Below, in pieces: positions 19,357 through 29,804 of a stretch of DNA of 64,000 bases; within the stretch, counting starts at the first letter, position 1; each line of letters opens with the position of its first letter. The stretch covers positions 352,001 to 416,000 of the forward strand of contig CBDBIB010000003.1 of NCBI GenBank assembly GCA_965205945.1, read 5' to 3'. The DNA comes from Bdellovibrionales bacterium (GTDB lineage: Bacteria; Bdellovibrionota; Bdellovibrionia; Bdellovibrionales; UBA1609). The notes beneath the pieces were generated by a model. That model worked only from the letters and a program-made list of their open reading frames with translations, ran no database searches and was not told the DNA's origin. The position numbers and the translations under genes are program-made.

Positions 19357-19911
19357 ATGTTTAATTTAAAAGATTTTATAGAAGATCAAAATGAAGGTGA
19401 AAAAAGTTTAGAAATAGACTTATCTCCTCTTTTAGCTTTAATGGTGACCTTGATTCCTGTGTTATTGTTGCAGACTTCATTTTTAACACTTGCTATGATT
19501 GAAACATCGCTTCCAATTCTTTCTGATGTAAAGCAAAAACCAGTAGTTAAGAAAGAAAATGAAATTGATTTTGATTTAAATGTTGCTGCTAAAAAAGAAA
19601 GTTCTTTTGAAGTAAAAGTGCAGGTGAATAGTAAAGTTGTTAAGAAAGTTAAGATTAAAGCGTTAGAAGGGGAATTTAATTTAAAAGGTTTGCGAGAAGA
19701 GCTGTCGCTTTTAAAAATGAAATATCCTAAAGAGGTGGGAGCAAAGCTTACTCCTGTTGATGATGTTAGTTATGAAAATATAATTAAAATTTTAGATACG
19801 ATGAGAAGAGATGATTCTGGGAAACAATATTACTTTAAAGATGATCAAGGTAGAATGGTTGAAACTTCGATGCTATTTCCAGATGTAGTTTTTGGAAATA
19901 TAGCTAAATAA
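19357..19911 (+). CDS. ExbD/TolR-family protein (AglQ/AglS-like) lacking the TM Asp
   Basis: DLSPLLALMVTLIPVLL TM helix; VSYENIIKILD. Confidence 0.88.
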   Translation: MFNLKDFIEDQNEGEKSLEIDLSPLLALMVTLIPVLLLQTSFLTLAMIETSLPILSDVKQKPVVKKENEIDFDLNVAAKKESSFEVKVQVNSKVVKKVKIKALEGEFNLKGLREELSLLKMKYPKEVGAKLTPVDDVSYENIIKILDTMRRDDSGKQYYFKDDQGRMVETSMLFPDVVFGNIAK

Positions 19912-19920
19912 GAGGAAAAG

Positions 19921-20436
19921 ATGTCTGTAATAGATGAAGTTATTAAAAAATCAAAAAAAAATGATAGTTTTGGTCTACAACTAACAGCAATGGTTGATAT
20001 GTTTACAATTATGATTGTCTTTTTATTAAAAAGCTATGATTCATCTACATTAGAGATTAAAAATGTTGATAATTTAAAATTACCAGCTTCAGTAACGGCC
20101 TCTGTTCCAGAAGAAGCGTTATTGATGCTGATTTCTCAAAAAGCAATATTTATTAATAATAAGAAAATTGCAGGCATTACAAATGGAAAAATAGAGGTTG
20201 AATTTTTATCAAAAAATGATGAGGACTATATAGAACCGTTATTTAAAGAACTTAATAAAGAAGCTAAGAAAATTGAAAAAATCGCAGAAAGAAACTCTAC
20301 TGTTAAGTTTAAAGGTAAAGTTTTTATGCAGGCAGATAAAAAACTTCATTATTCAGTATTAAGAAAGGTTTTATATACAGCTACAATGGCTGGGTATGGA
20401 GATTTAAGACTTGCTGCCATTAATGGGGCTAAGTAG
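19921..20436 (+). CDS. ExbD/TolR-family protein (AglS/AglQ-like)
   Basis: LTAMVDMFTIMIVFLL; QADKKLHYSVLRKVLYT. Confidence 0.9.
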   Translation: MSVIDEVIKKSKKNDSFGLQLTAMVDMFTIMIVFLLKSYDSSTLEIKNVDNLKLPASVTASVPEEALLMLISQKAIFINNKKIAGITNGKIEVEFLSKNDEDYIEPLFKELNKEAKKIEKIAERNSTVKFKGKVFMQADKKLHYSVLRKVLYTATMAGYGDLRLAAINGAK

Positions 20437-23355
20437 ATGAAGAAAAATGTTTTTGTTTTTATGGCATCAGTATTACTTATGGTTTTAGAGCCTGCTCAAG
20501 CAAGCCTTAAAGACGATGTGATTAAAGATTTAAGATTAGATTTTAAAGATGAATTTAAAACACAGCAAAGTATGATAGCTTCGGAAATTTTAATTTCAAA
20601 ATCTGAAGAAAAAGCACTAAAACATTTAAAAAAGTTAATTAAAAAATACAAAGGCACAAGTGTCGAACCTGAGTTAAAATTTAGACTAGCAGAGTTGTTT
20701 ATGAATAGGGCTAAATCTGCTAGATATATTGAGCAAATTATTCAAGATAGTGATGGCGCCACTTCATTTTTACCTTCAAAGATTAAATCTTTAAAAGAAA
20801 AAAGGATGGTTAAAAAAGCTATATCTGAATATAGTCAAATAGAAAAAACTTTCCCCAAATATAAAGCTATAGATGAAGTTATGTTTAATAAAGCTTTTGC
20901 TCAACTTCAAATTGATCAAGAGCTTCAGGCAGAGCAGTCATTTATTAAACTTTTAAAAACACAAGCTCAATCAAGATTAAGACCGGATGCTTTTTTGGCA
21001 GTTGGAGAGATTAATTTTAAAAGAAAAGCTTTTAAAAAAGCATTGAGTTACTTTAAGAGAGTTAAAAAACATAAAAATGCTAGAGTATACCCTTATGCCC
21101 TATATAAAGGTGCATGGTGTTATCATAATTTAAATGATTATAAACAGGCTATAAAAGAGCTTGAAAAAGTTATTTATTTTGGTGCAAAAATTGAAAAAGA
21201 GGGTAAAGATCAACGCTTAGATTTAAGGGCTGAGGCTTTAACTGATATGTCTTTGTTTTATAGCTCTAGTCGTCCCGCTAAAGATGCTGTAACCTATTTT
21301 AAAAATTTATCAGGAACAAAGGATTTTTTTCCAGCATTAGAAAAATTAGCAAAAATTTATGAAAAACATGGTAAAGATGAAAAACAAGAAATTATTTTAA
21401 TAGATTTAATTAAAACTTTTCCTAAATCTGTTAAAAGACCATTTTTTTATGAGGCCTTAGCAAAAAATTTAAACCGACAGTTAAAATATCAAAAGTCAGT
21501 TACTTATTTGTGGTCTTTTTATAAAGTTTGTAAAGAAGTTTCTAAGGATACTCAAGAAAAACCATGCATAGAAGAAGTCAATACTCTTTCAAGAAAATTT
21601 GCTGTAAAATGGCTAAAAATTTACAGAGAGAATAAGACTAAACAGATTATGTCAAAAGTGGCAGAAGAGGCGTTTAGAGTTTACTTAATAGATAAAAAAC
21701 CTGAAGATGGTAATAGTGAAATTAGATTCTTATTTGCAGAACATTTATTTGAACTTAGTAAGTTTGCAGAATCATCTAATGAATATGTAAAAGTTGGGGA
21801 TTCTTCAAAAAATAAAGAACGTCATCATAAGGCAAGGTATGCAGCAATTGTAGCATATGATTTATCATATAAATCTAATATAAAAGGTAAAGCAATACCA
21901 AGATTTAGAATATTGTCTGAAACTTATATGAAAGAATTTCCAGAGGGTGTTAAATACTTAGATGTTGGGTTTAAACTAGGCTTATTTGATTATACGAATA
22001 AAAAATATGATCTAGCAGCTCCTCTTTTAGTAAAGTTAGGAAATAAATTTTCTCAATTAATCAAAGGTAAAAAATCTCAAGATTTATACTTAGATATTTT
22101 AAATTCAAAGAAAGAGTATGTAAAAATACAAAAATTTGCAAAGAAATGGAAAATTAAAGAAAAAAATAAAAATCGAGTAGTGCAGTTACAAAACATATAT
22201 GAACAAGCATTTTTTTCAGAAGTAGCAATTCTTCAAAACAAGAAAGAATATGAAAAATCTATAGATAGGTATATTAGTTTTATTAAAGAAAATTCAAAAT
22301 CAAAACTTGTGGATGAGGCTAGGTGGAATAAAATTAACCTTCACTTTAAACTTAAAGAATATGATAAAACAGCAGAGGGCTACATCTCATTTTATAAAAT
22401 TCATCCAACACATGAAAACGCTATTTTAGGCTTGGTTAAAGCTGTTGAAATATATGAAATGATGGCAGAGCCAGAGTTTGCATATAAAGTATCTGAAATT
22501 TTGATAAAATCAGATTTAAAAAATAAAGAAAAATGGAAGTTTCTTTCTGCTAACTATTTAAAAGCATCAGGTCAGTATGAGGCAGCAGCAAAAATCTTTT
22601 TAAGCATTTATTATACATCAGATAAAAAGAATGAATTTAAAAATTTTGCAAGAGATGAGTTTTTTTCAATGAAGAATCAGCTTTTAGATAGCTCTCCATG
22701 GTATCAAGAACGTATTAAGGTTTTTATGAAATCAAAATCTCGACAAGTGGCATCAACTGCAGTTCGATCTTATGCTGAGCACTTATACGCTAAAGGAAAT
22801 AGTGTAGAATTTGTGAAGTTTATTAATAAAAATAAGTGGAATAAAGAGTTAATACCTGAAAAACAAGCCATACTTCATATGTATGATGGTAAGAGGAAAG
22901 AGGGTTGGTTTTTTAATGAAAAAATTGTAAGTACTTCAATGAATGAAATTGTTAAGAGTATTCAAGCTAGAACAAAGAGGATGGACCAAGTACAAAGAGC
23001 TTATCAAAGAGCTCTTATAGATGAAGATGTAAAAATCTCCATACAAGCTTTATTAGGATTATCACGTATTTATCAACAGTATGTTGAGGAGTTAAGAGTC
23101 TTAAAACCTCCTTCAACTTTTTTAAAAGAAGAGGTTGATGCGTTAAAAGGTGAGCTTGCAAATATTATTATGCCTTTTGAAGAAAAGGCTGCAGAAGCAC
23201 TAGATCAAGCCTTAAAGGTTGCGTCTGAAGCTAAAATTAAAGATGGCTCAATTAAAGAAATTAGAATTCTTTTTGATAGAGTAAATTTAGATGAAAAAAT
23301 AGTTTATCCTATTTCTTTAAATCTTCCAAATCCAATAGGGCCAAGGGGGTACTAA
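20437..23355 (+). CDS. Large periplasmic TPR protein (GltD/AgmU-like)
   Basis: Signal peptide, many TPRs (FRLAELF, YALYKGAWCYHN), C-terminal PFEEKA; position in the cluster. Confidence 0.8.
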   Translation: MKKNVFVFMASVLLMVLEPAQASLKDDVIKDLRLDFKDEFKTQQSMIASEILISKSEEKALKHLKKLIKKYKGTSVEPELKFRLAELFMNRAKSARYIEQIIQDSDGATSFLPSKIKSLKEKRMVKKAISEYSQIEKTFPKYKAIDEVMFNKAFAQLQIDQELQAEQSFIKLLKTQAQSRLRPDAFLAVGEINFKRKAFKKALSYFKRVKKHKNARVYPYALYKGAWCYHNLNDYKQAIKELEKVIYFGAKIEKEGKDQRLDLRAEALTDMSLFYSSSRPAKDAVTYFKNLSGTKDFFPALEKLAKIYEKHGKDEKQEIILIDLIKTFPKSVKRPFFYEALAKNLNRQLKYQKSVTYLWSFYKVCKEVSKDTQEKPCIEEVNTLSRKFAVKWLKIYRENKTKQIMSKVAEEAFRVYLIDKKPEDGNSEIRFLFAEHLFELSKFAESSNEYVKVGDSSKNKERHHKARYAAIVAYDLSYKSNIKGKAIPRFRILSETYMKEFPEGVKYLDVGFKLGLFDYTNKKYDLAAPLLVKLGNKFSQLIKGKKSQDLYLDILNSKKEYVKIQKFAKKWKIKEKNKNRVVQLQNIYEQAFFSEVAILQNKKEYEKSIDRYISFIKENSKSKLVDEARWNKINLHFKLKEYDKTAEGYISFYKIHPTHENAILGLVKAVEIYEMMAEPEFAYKVSEILIKSDLKNKEKWKFLSANYLKASGQYEAAAKIFLSIYYTSDKKNEFKNFARDEFFSMKNQLLDSSPWYQERIKVFMKSKSRQVASTAVRSYAEHLYAKGNSVEFVKFINKNKWNKELIPEKQAILHMYDGKRKEGWFFNEKIVSTSMNEIVKSIQARTKRMDQVQRAYQRALIDEDVKISIQALLGLSRIYQQYVEELRVLKPPSTFLKEEVDALKGELANIIMPFEEKAAEALDQALKVASEAKIKDGSIKEIRILFDRVNLDEKIVYPISLNLPNPIGPRGY

Positions 23356-23356
23356 A

Positions 23357-24301
23357 ATGAAATATGGTCTGGTGGTATTAGGATTTATTTTTATTTTAGG
23401 ATGTGCTACAAGCCCATCTAGTAAAATGAGCTATGTTCAAGGCTTAAAGGGTTTAAAGCAAGATTTTCAAGATGTTAAGAAAATAGAGGTTTTATATAGC
23501 AGTGGTATTAAGGCATCATCAAACCTTAAAGTTTTAAGAGCTCAAGTTTCTTGTGAAGAATATGAAAATATAGATAAAAAAAAATGGAGAAGAATGCTTG
23601 AAATAGGTTACTCTTGTATTAAAAAAAAGAACTGGGGTGCTTTATCAGTTATTGCTAAGAGCCTTTCACATAACCATTTAAAAGCTCCTTGGGGGCCATA
23701 TTATAGAAGTATTATAGCGGAACAAGAGGGTGATTTTGCTCGAGCTATTTGGATGGTGGATTTAGCATTAAAAAAGGCTCCAGATAATCCTATAATTATT
23801 TTTCAAAAAGCTAGAATCTTATGGCTAATTAAAAATGAATCTGCAGCATATAAGATGATGAAAAAAGTGGTAAAGCTTAATCCAAAAAATTATGATGCAC
23901 TTTTATTTTTAGGAAATATTTATTATAGGGATCAAGATTTTAAAGAAGCACTGGGTTTTTATAAAAAAGTTTTAAAGTACAATTACAAAGATGCTGCATA
24001 TAGAGCAGCAATGGGAGAATCTAACTTTTATTTAAGAAATTATCAAGAAAGTATTAAGCATTATAAAGCGGCGGCTGTAAGATCTAAGCTAAATGCATCG
24101 TTATTTTATAAATTAGGATTGTCATATAAAAATTTAAAAAATTGGACAAATGCAAAATTTTATTTAGAAAAAGCAATAGCACAAAGAAGAAAGGGTCGAA
24201 GTTTAGCTTCACTCTCGGATGAAAAAATAAGGACTCAGCTTAAAATAGTAGAAGCTAAAATTAGAGAAATTAAGGGGAATAAAAATGAAAAAACTAAGTA
24301 A
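23357..24301 (+). CDS. TPR lipoprotein (GltE/AglT-like)
   Basis: Lipobox ILGC, tandem TPRs, position in the cluster. Confidence 0.75.
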   Translation: MKYGLVVLGFIFILGCATSPSSKMSYVQGLKGLKQDFQDVKKIEVLYSSGIKASSNLKVLRAQVSCEEYENIDKKKWRRMLEIGYSCIKKKNWGALSVIAKSLSHNHLKAPWGPYYRSIIAEQEGDFARAIWMVDLALKKAPDNPIIIFQKARILWLIKNESAAYKMMKKVVKLNPKNYDALLFLGNIYYRDQDFKEALGFYKKVLKYNYKDAAYRAAMGESNFYLRNYQESIKHYKAAAVRSKLNASLFYKLGLSYKNLKNWTNAKFYLEKAIAQRRKGRSLASLSDEKIRTQLKIVEAKIREIKGNKNEKTK

Positions 24302-24539
24302 TTGTACCCTTATATTTTTATTCATGCTTTGTTTTATTTTTGTTATTCCACTAGGCTCATATGCTAAGAAAAATAAAAGACAAACTATAGATTTAGAGGG
24401 TGCTGATATTGATGGTGAAGTAAGATCTCCTACAGGAGATTATGTTCTTCAAAAGAGTGGCGTAGATTTTCTTCCTTTGTATGAGAAAAAGAAAGAAATG
24501 AATAAAGAAATTAAAAAGACTGTACACTTTTTGAGGTAA
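24285..24539 (+). CDS. Small exported protein (GltF-like)
   Basis: Signal peptide then IDLEGADIDGEVRSPTGDYV; sits between the TPR gene and the FHA-TonB gene, as in glt clusters. Confidence 0.7.
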   Translation: MKKLSNCTLIFLFMLCFIFVIPLGSYAKKNKRQTIDLEGADIDGEVRSPTGDYVLQKSGVDFLPLYEKKKEMNKEIKKTVHFLR

Positions 24540-24542
24540 GGT

Positions 24543-26081
24543 ATGAAAGAATTATTAATAAAACATGAGCTTAATGGAAAGGTGATTAATAGGTTTAGAG
24601 TTAAACCAAATGTTAAATCCGATGTATTCATTGTAGGTTCAAGTAGAAAAGCTAATATTCGAATTATAGGAGATAATATTTCTCCTATACATGCGGCTTT
24701 TGAAGTGAGAAACGGTGTTTGGAATATAATTGACTTAGGAAGTCAAACTGGTACTTGGCTTAAAAATAAACCGATTTTAGAAAATGAAGTAAATCATTTA
24801 ATTCATGTTCGTATTGGTGAACACAGTTTAAGTGTTGAACCCATTGCAACCATTGATGATAGAGTTTTTAAAGAATCCAAAAAAATTGATATTGCAGGTA
24901 ATAACGCTACTGTATATCAACAAATTGCAATATTTTATCAAAATAAGCTTGTAGAGTCATATCTTGAAAAACCTAAAAAAGATTTAAAAATTCCTTATGG
25001 GAAAGAATTAATTGATATTAAGGCCCCCGTTAATGCTGATTGGATTGAAAATAAGAGAAGGGACTATGTTATTAAAAATAGACTTGTTCGCTCAGCAAAA
25101 TTTGAAAATAAAGAAAAATCTATTTGGTCAGTATTTCCAAAAGATTTAGTAAAACCGTTTAGCTACGCTTTTGGTTCAGCGTGTTTATTCTTTCTTTCCC
25201 TGTATATTATTCCAAAAGCTTTAAATTCAGATCCTGGTGGGCTTAAAGATAATCAGTATACAAGATTAATCTTTGATCAAAAAACTATTGAAAAACAAAG
25301 GAAAAAATCAGCTGTTCTCATTAAAAAGTTAGAAGAGAAAAAAATTGATAAAGTAGTAAAAACCAAAAAGGTCACATCAAAAATAAAAAATTCAGAAAAA
25401 AAATTAGCAAAACTTGCTCCATCTAGAAGTAGTCAGGTGATTAGGGCTAAAGTAGATAAAGTAGTTTCTAGTATTAAGGCCTCAGGGTTAAGTTCTTTAG
25501 TAAGTAAGGTTTCACAAAGGGCATCAAGTAATGCAAGAATTATAAAATCTAGTGGTTTTAAGGCGGGTTCTGGGCAGGGTAGTAGAGCATTTGCATCTAT
25601 TAACGATGTTAAAAACAGTGCTAAGCTTAGTGATGCAACAAAAAAAGGTTTATTTAGAGTAAGGGGGATTTCAACAGGTGGAGAGGCTGGTGGGAGTAAG
25701 GTTTCTTCAAGCCTTGGTGGATTGTCTGGTACTGGGATTGGATCGGCTACAGTGGGGGCTTTAGATGAGGAAACTGAGGTAGAAGGAGGTCTAACAGCTA
25801 GTCAAATAGCTAGGGTAGTTAAGAAAAATTTGGGTGCGATAAGGTATTGTTATGAAAGACAACTAGTGGCAAATCCAAATCTTTATGGAAAAATCAAAGT
25901 TGAATTTGTGATTTCTCCGACAGGTAAAGTGGTAACACAAAGAATTAAATCAACAACAATGCAACATGCTTTAACAGAGGGTTGTATTTTAAGAAAAATT
26001 AAGAAATGGGTGTTTCCATTTCCAAAGGGAGGTTCGGAAGTAGCTGTTTCTTACCCTTTTTATTTTAAATCAACAAAATAA
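24543..26081 (+). CDS. FHA + TM + Gly-rich linker + TonB-like AgmX/PglI C-terminal domain (GltG-like)
   Basis: FHA (ISPIHA...DLGSQTGT); IRYCYERQL...GKIKVEFVI...CIL...WVFPFPKGG...VSYPF. Confidence 0.9.
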   Translation: MKELLIKHELNGKVINRFRVKPNVKSDVFIVGSSRKANIRIIGDNISPIHAAFEVRNGVWNIIDLGSQTGTWLKNKPILENEVNHLIHVRIGEHSLSVEPIATIDDRVFKESKKIDIAGNNATVYQQIAIFYQNKLVESYLEKPKKDLKIPYGKELIDIKAPVNADWIENKRRDYVIKNRLVRSAKFENKEKSIWSVFPKDLVKPFSYAFGSACLFFLSLYIIPKALNSDPGGLKDNQYTRLIFDQKTIEKQRKKSAVLIKKLEEKKIDKVVKTKKVTSKIKNSEKKLAKLAPSRSSQVIRAKVDKVVSSIKASGLSSLVSKVSQRASSNARIIKSSGFKAGSGQGSRAFASINDVKNSAKLSDATKKGLFRVRGISTGGEAGGSKVSSSLGGLSGTGIGSATVGALDEETEVEGGLTASQIARVVKKNLGAIRYCYERQLVANPNLYGKIKVEFVISPTGKVVTQRIKSTTMQHALTEGCILRKIKKWVFPFPKGGSEVAVSYPFYFKSTK

Positions 26082-26107
26082 TATGGAACTTTGTAGAGGT
26101 AATAAAA

Positions 26108-26854
26108 GTGAGATTAATATATAAAGTAGCGATAATAGTGTTAATGAGTTTTAGTTGTTTAGCTTTGGCTCAAAGTAAAAAAGATGAATCTCCTAAAAAG
26201 ATAGATATTCAGAATTTAGAAAAAAGATACTGGGCTCCAAAAGATAAAAAATTTAAAGTTGTTCAAAATAGAACGTATACAAAAACAAAAAAACTATCAC
26301 TTAGTTTAGCACCATCTTTAATGCTTAATGAAGAGTATTCTAAAGGTTTTGGAATGAGTATGGCTATGGGGTATTACTTTAATGATAGATATGGGCTTGA
26401 ATTAGAATATCAAGTTATATCTTTAAATGATAATGACCTTGTTAAGCAAATTCAAACTATTGGCGAAGGTAGTGGTGCATGGGCAAATCATGGTAAAAGC
26501 GTGTCCTACTATGGGGCTGCAGCTAGATGGATACCTTTTTATGCAAAAATGAGTTTTTTAGGAAATAAAATTGTATATTTTGATTTAAGCCTAGGTTTAA
26601 GTGCTGGAACTATTAAATATGAGCAGCAATTAAGAACAGACATAAAAGAACCAATAAAAAAAGCCATAGCGTTTGGTTTTGATATTAGTCAGAGTTTTTA
26701 TATATTTAAAAAACTACTGCTAAGAGCAGACTATAAACATAGGTTTTACTCTCAAGAAATTATAGAAGGTGGGCGTGTAGATACAGGTAAATTTATAAGA
26801 GATCGTCAAGAAGATAGTATTTTACTTAACTTAGGGCTAACTTATTTGTTTTAG
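26108..26854 (+). CDS. Outer-membrane beta-barrel (GltA/B/H-like)
   Basis: Signal peptide, VVQNRTYTK, WIPFYAKMS, terminal YLF. Confidence 0.85.
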   Translation: MRLIYKVAIIVLMSFSCLALAQSKKDESPKKIDIQNLEKRYWAPKDKKFKVVQNRTYTKTKKLSLSLAPSLMLNEEYSKGFGMSMAMGYYFNDRYGLELEYQVISLNDNDLVKQIQTIGEGSGAWANHGKSVSYYGAAARWIPFYAKMSFLGNKIVYFDLSLGLSAGTIKYEQQLRTDIKEPIKKAIAFGFDISQSFYIFKKLLLRADYKHRFYSQEIIEGGRVDTGKFIRDRQEDSILLNLGLTYLF

Positions 26855-26868
26855 AATAAGGAATTGAT

Positions 26869-29124
26869 ATGAAGATTAATATAAAAATTTTAAAAAGAAC
26901 TATATGTATAGGATGTGTCTCTTTTTTAGCTTCACATGTTTGTGCGGATGATGTTTCTTTAAAGAGCAACTACGTTGAACTAGGTAAAATGAAAAATCAG
27001 TCAAGTTTTGATATTTTAAATCCGGGTCAAATTTTAGATAATTTTGTGATTCCTATATATGATAAGAATCAACAAGAAGCAACTATTTTAGAGTCATCAG
27101 TCCCTAAGTTTAAAAATATAAAGACAAATAAAGGAAAATTATCTAAAAAGAAAACAAGTAAATTTGCAAGAAAACTTAGAGCTTTAAGGGTATATCCTAT
27201 TCCTAAATACAGTTTTGGCAGAGAAAAGATCTTAAAAAGAAAGAATATAGGTTGGAGTTTAGGTAATTATCAAGGAATTAAATCTATTAATTTAAAGAAG
27301 AAAAGCGCTTTAAATATATTAAAAAATCTAAAAAAAATAAAAGACTTTAATCTAGGTTTAGCAAAAAAGAAGAGAGTTAATTTAAAAGAAATTAATCAAA
27401 AAGTAGTAGTTCAAAATGATATTGATCAGATTCAATTTTCTTTTAAAAGTAATTTTAAATTTAATCTTTTGCCCATGTATTTAAGAAAGTTAAAGGATCA
27501 TGATCTTTTAGCAGCGGATATTTTATTTGAAGAGAAAAAATCCTGTCAAGAGGTAGTGCCAATATCACAATTTTTGCAGGATAAAGTGACAGTAGACAAT
27601 AGAGTAAAGTTTTATAGAGGAATGTGTTTACATGATTTTAAAATGTTTTCAGAATCAATTCCATTATTATCAGAAGTTATCGGAACAAGTACAGGTTATT
27701 ACATAAAAAAAGCTGTTGGAAAAATTCTTGAAGGTCTTCCTAAAGGTTATGAGGGTTTGATAGCAAAAGAACTCACTCCTAAAAAAGTTTATGATAAACT
27801 TAATCAAAAACAAAAAGATAGGTATAACTATATTTTAGCAAAAGGTAATTTTATCAATGAAAAATATAAGAGAGCTAAAGCGCATGCAAAACGTGTGAGT
27901 GATGAGTCTTTAGATAAATATGATGCTAAGTTTATAGCGAGCACATCACAATATATGAGTGGGCTCTTGCCTGAGGGAATAAAAATTATGCAAGATTTAA
28001 AGGTTGAGTATTTAAAATCTAAAAATCAAAACAGTGATTTTAATTCACTTATTAATTTAACTCTAGCAAGGTTTCAATTTGAGAGAGGGAGTTATAAAAA
28101 AGCTATTAAAAATTATGAATTAGTTTCTAGAGAACATCCTTTGTGGGTAGATAGTTTAATAGAAAAAGGTTGGGCTCAGATAAAACTTGGTGATTTTTCA
28201 GGAGCAATTGGTAATATGTTTACTCTTCATTCACCATTTTTTAAAGATGCGTTTATACCAGAATCATATGTTATAAGAACTATTGGATATTTAAACTTAT
28301 GTCAGTTTGGAGATGCAAATTCAACATTAGGATACCTTGAGACAGAGTATCCAGATCAAAAAGGCAGGATTATAAGGTTTTTAGAAGATAAAAAAAACCA
28401 TTATCAAACACTGCTAGATTATTTAAAAGTAAATGATGAAAAATTATATGAACTTAACACACTTCCAGCTTCAACCATAAGAGAAATGGGAAGAGATAGA
28501 GATTTTTTAATGGTCCAAACAAAATTAAATAATATTATTGATGAAATTCCAGTATTTAAAGAATTTGCAGTGAATATTATGAAGAAAAGAAGAGCGCTTA
28601 AAGATGAAATTCTTAAATTAACAGAAGAATCAAATAAGTTAAGGGTTAAAGAGGGAAAGGCTTTAAAAAATAATAAGTTAGATATTGCTAAAACATTAAA
28701 GAAAAAAAGAAAATCAGTTTTTGATGAAGGTTTTTCATTAAACTATAGAATTAAGCTTTTTAATAAAGGTATTATTGCTTATAAGAAAGCTAATGGGGAT
28801 GCTGTTAGGCGCGCTGAAAAAATGAGAGATGATTACTTGATTCAGGCAGAAAAGACTCTTAAAGAAAGTCTGGGTAATATTGAAACTAGACTTGAAACGG
28901 TTTTAAGAAACAATGATCTTTTAAGGTATGAGATATTTGCTAATTCAGGGAGAAATATTAGATATCGTATTGCTGGTGGGCAAATTAAACAAGAGGCAGG
29001 TAGCAGAAAGCCAGCTAAAGCACGCTCTAAAAAAGACTATGGTTGGGAGTTTAAAGGTGAATTTTGGCAAGACGAAGTTGGAAGATTTAAATCAAGTTTA
29101 ACAAACTTATGCCCTAAAAAATAA
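26869..29124 (+). CDS. Exported TPR protein (GltC-like)
   Basis: AIGNMFTLHSPFF...PESYV...YLNLCQF and terminal WEFKGEFWQDEVG...C. Confidence 0.8.
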   Translation: MKINIKILKRTICIGCVSFLASHVCADDVSLKSNYVELGKMKNQSSFDILNPGQILDNFVIPIYDKNQQEATILESSVPKFKNIKTNKGKLSKKKTSKFARKLRALRVYPIPKYSFGREKILKRKNIGWSLGNYQGIKSINLKKKSALNILKNLKKIKDFNLGLAKKKRVNLKEINQKVVVQNDIDQIQFSFKSNFKFNLLPMYLRKLKDHDLLAADILFEEKKSCQEVVPISQFLQDKVTVDNRVKFYRGMCLHDFKMFSESIPLLSEVIGTSTGYYIKKAVGKILEGLPKGYEGLIAKELTPKKVYDKLNQKQKDRYNYILAKGNFINEKYKRAKAHAKRVSDESLDKYDAKFIASTSQYMSGLLPEGIKIMQDLKVEYLKSKNQNSDFNSLINLTLARFQFERGSYKKAIKNYELVSREHPLWVDSLIEKGWAQIKLGDFSGAIGNMFTLHSPFFKDAFIPESYVIRTIGYLNLCQFGDANSTLGYLETEYPDQKGRIIRFLEDKKNHYQTLLDYLKVNDEKLYELNTLPASTIREMGRDRDFLMVQTKLNNIIDEIPVFKEFAVNIMKKRRALKDEILKLTEESNKLRVKEGKALKNNKLDIAKTLKKKRKSVFDEGFSLNYRIKLFNKGIIAYKKANGDAVRRAEKMRDDYLIQAEKTLKESLGNIETRLETVLRNNDLLRYEIFANSGRNIRYRIAGGQIKQEAGSRKPAKARSKKDYGWEFKGEFWQDEVGRFKSSLTNLCPKK

Positions 29125-29139
29125 CAAAGGACTAATGGT

Positions 29140-29772
29140 ATGAAAAAAATAACTATATTATTATTTACAGTTTTTTTTGCAAGTGATGCATATTCGCAAG
29201 CAGACATTAATAGAAAAATGAATCTTCTGGATCAAAATGTTAAAAATTCAGGAAATAATTTTAACCAGTTTAAGGATAATTTTAATATTTCAGTAAAAAA
29301 TTTTAATGAAGCAACACGAGTTATAAACGAACTTAGAAGTTTAAAAAAACAAGCTTTAAGAGATACAAAAAGAGCAAAGCTAAATTCCTTAGTTTATGGA
29401 CAAGTTATAGGTAAGTATAATGAATTTATTGCAGCAGAAGAGGCTAATATTTTAAAAGAAGAAGAGGCTATTAAAAAACTTGAAAAATTAGTTGAAAGTA
29501 TTAAAGCTAACACTCATAAGAGAAGAGAGCTTATTGTTACTTATAGTGCTGAAATTAAAAACGCTGAGGCAGAAGCTGGTGTTTGGAAAGGCAAGCAAAG
29601 AGAAGTTACTTCAGTAATAAAAGATATTGATGAGCGTGAGGATGAAGCTCTTGAAGAACGGAGTAAATGGATGGAGAAAAAAGAGATTTATAAAAAAGAA
29701 ACAGGTAAATGGTCTAAGGAATTTCAAAAAGCTAAGAAAACACTGTTAACGTTTGAAAAAATTCGAGATTAA
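29140..29772 (+). CDS. Exported coiled-coil hypothetical protein
   Basis: Signal peptide ending AYS, K/E-rich heptad pattern; 15 bp after the gltC-like gene. Confidence 0.75.
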   Translation: MKKITILLFTVFFASDAYSQADINRKMNLLDQNVKNSGNNFNQFKDNFNISVKNFNEATRVINELRSLKKQALRDTKRAKLNSLVYGQVIGKYNEFIAAEEANILKEEEAIKKLEKLVESIKANTHKRRELIVTYSAEIKNAEAEAGVWKGKQREVTSVIKDIDEREDEALEERSKWMEKKEIYKKETGKWSKEFQKAKKTLLTFEKIRD

Positions 29773-29804
29773 TTTTTTGTTCTTTAATATGTTTAAAACT
29801 TTTA

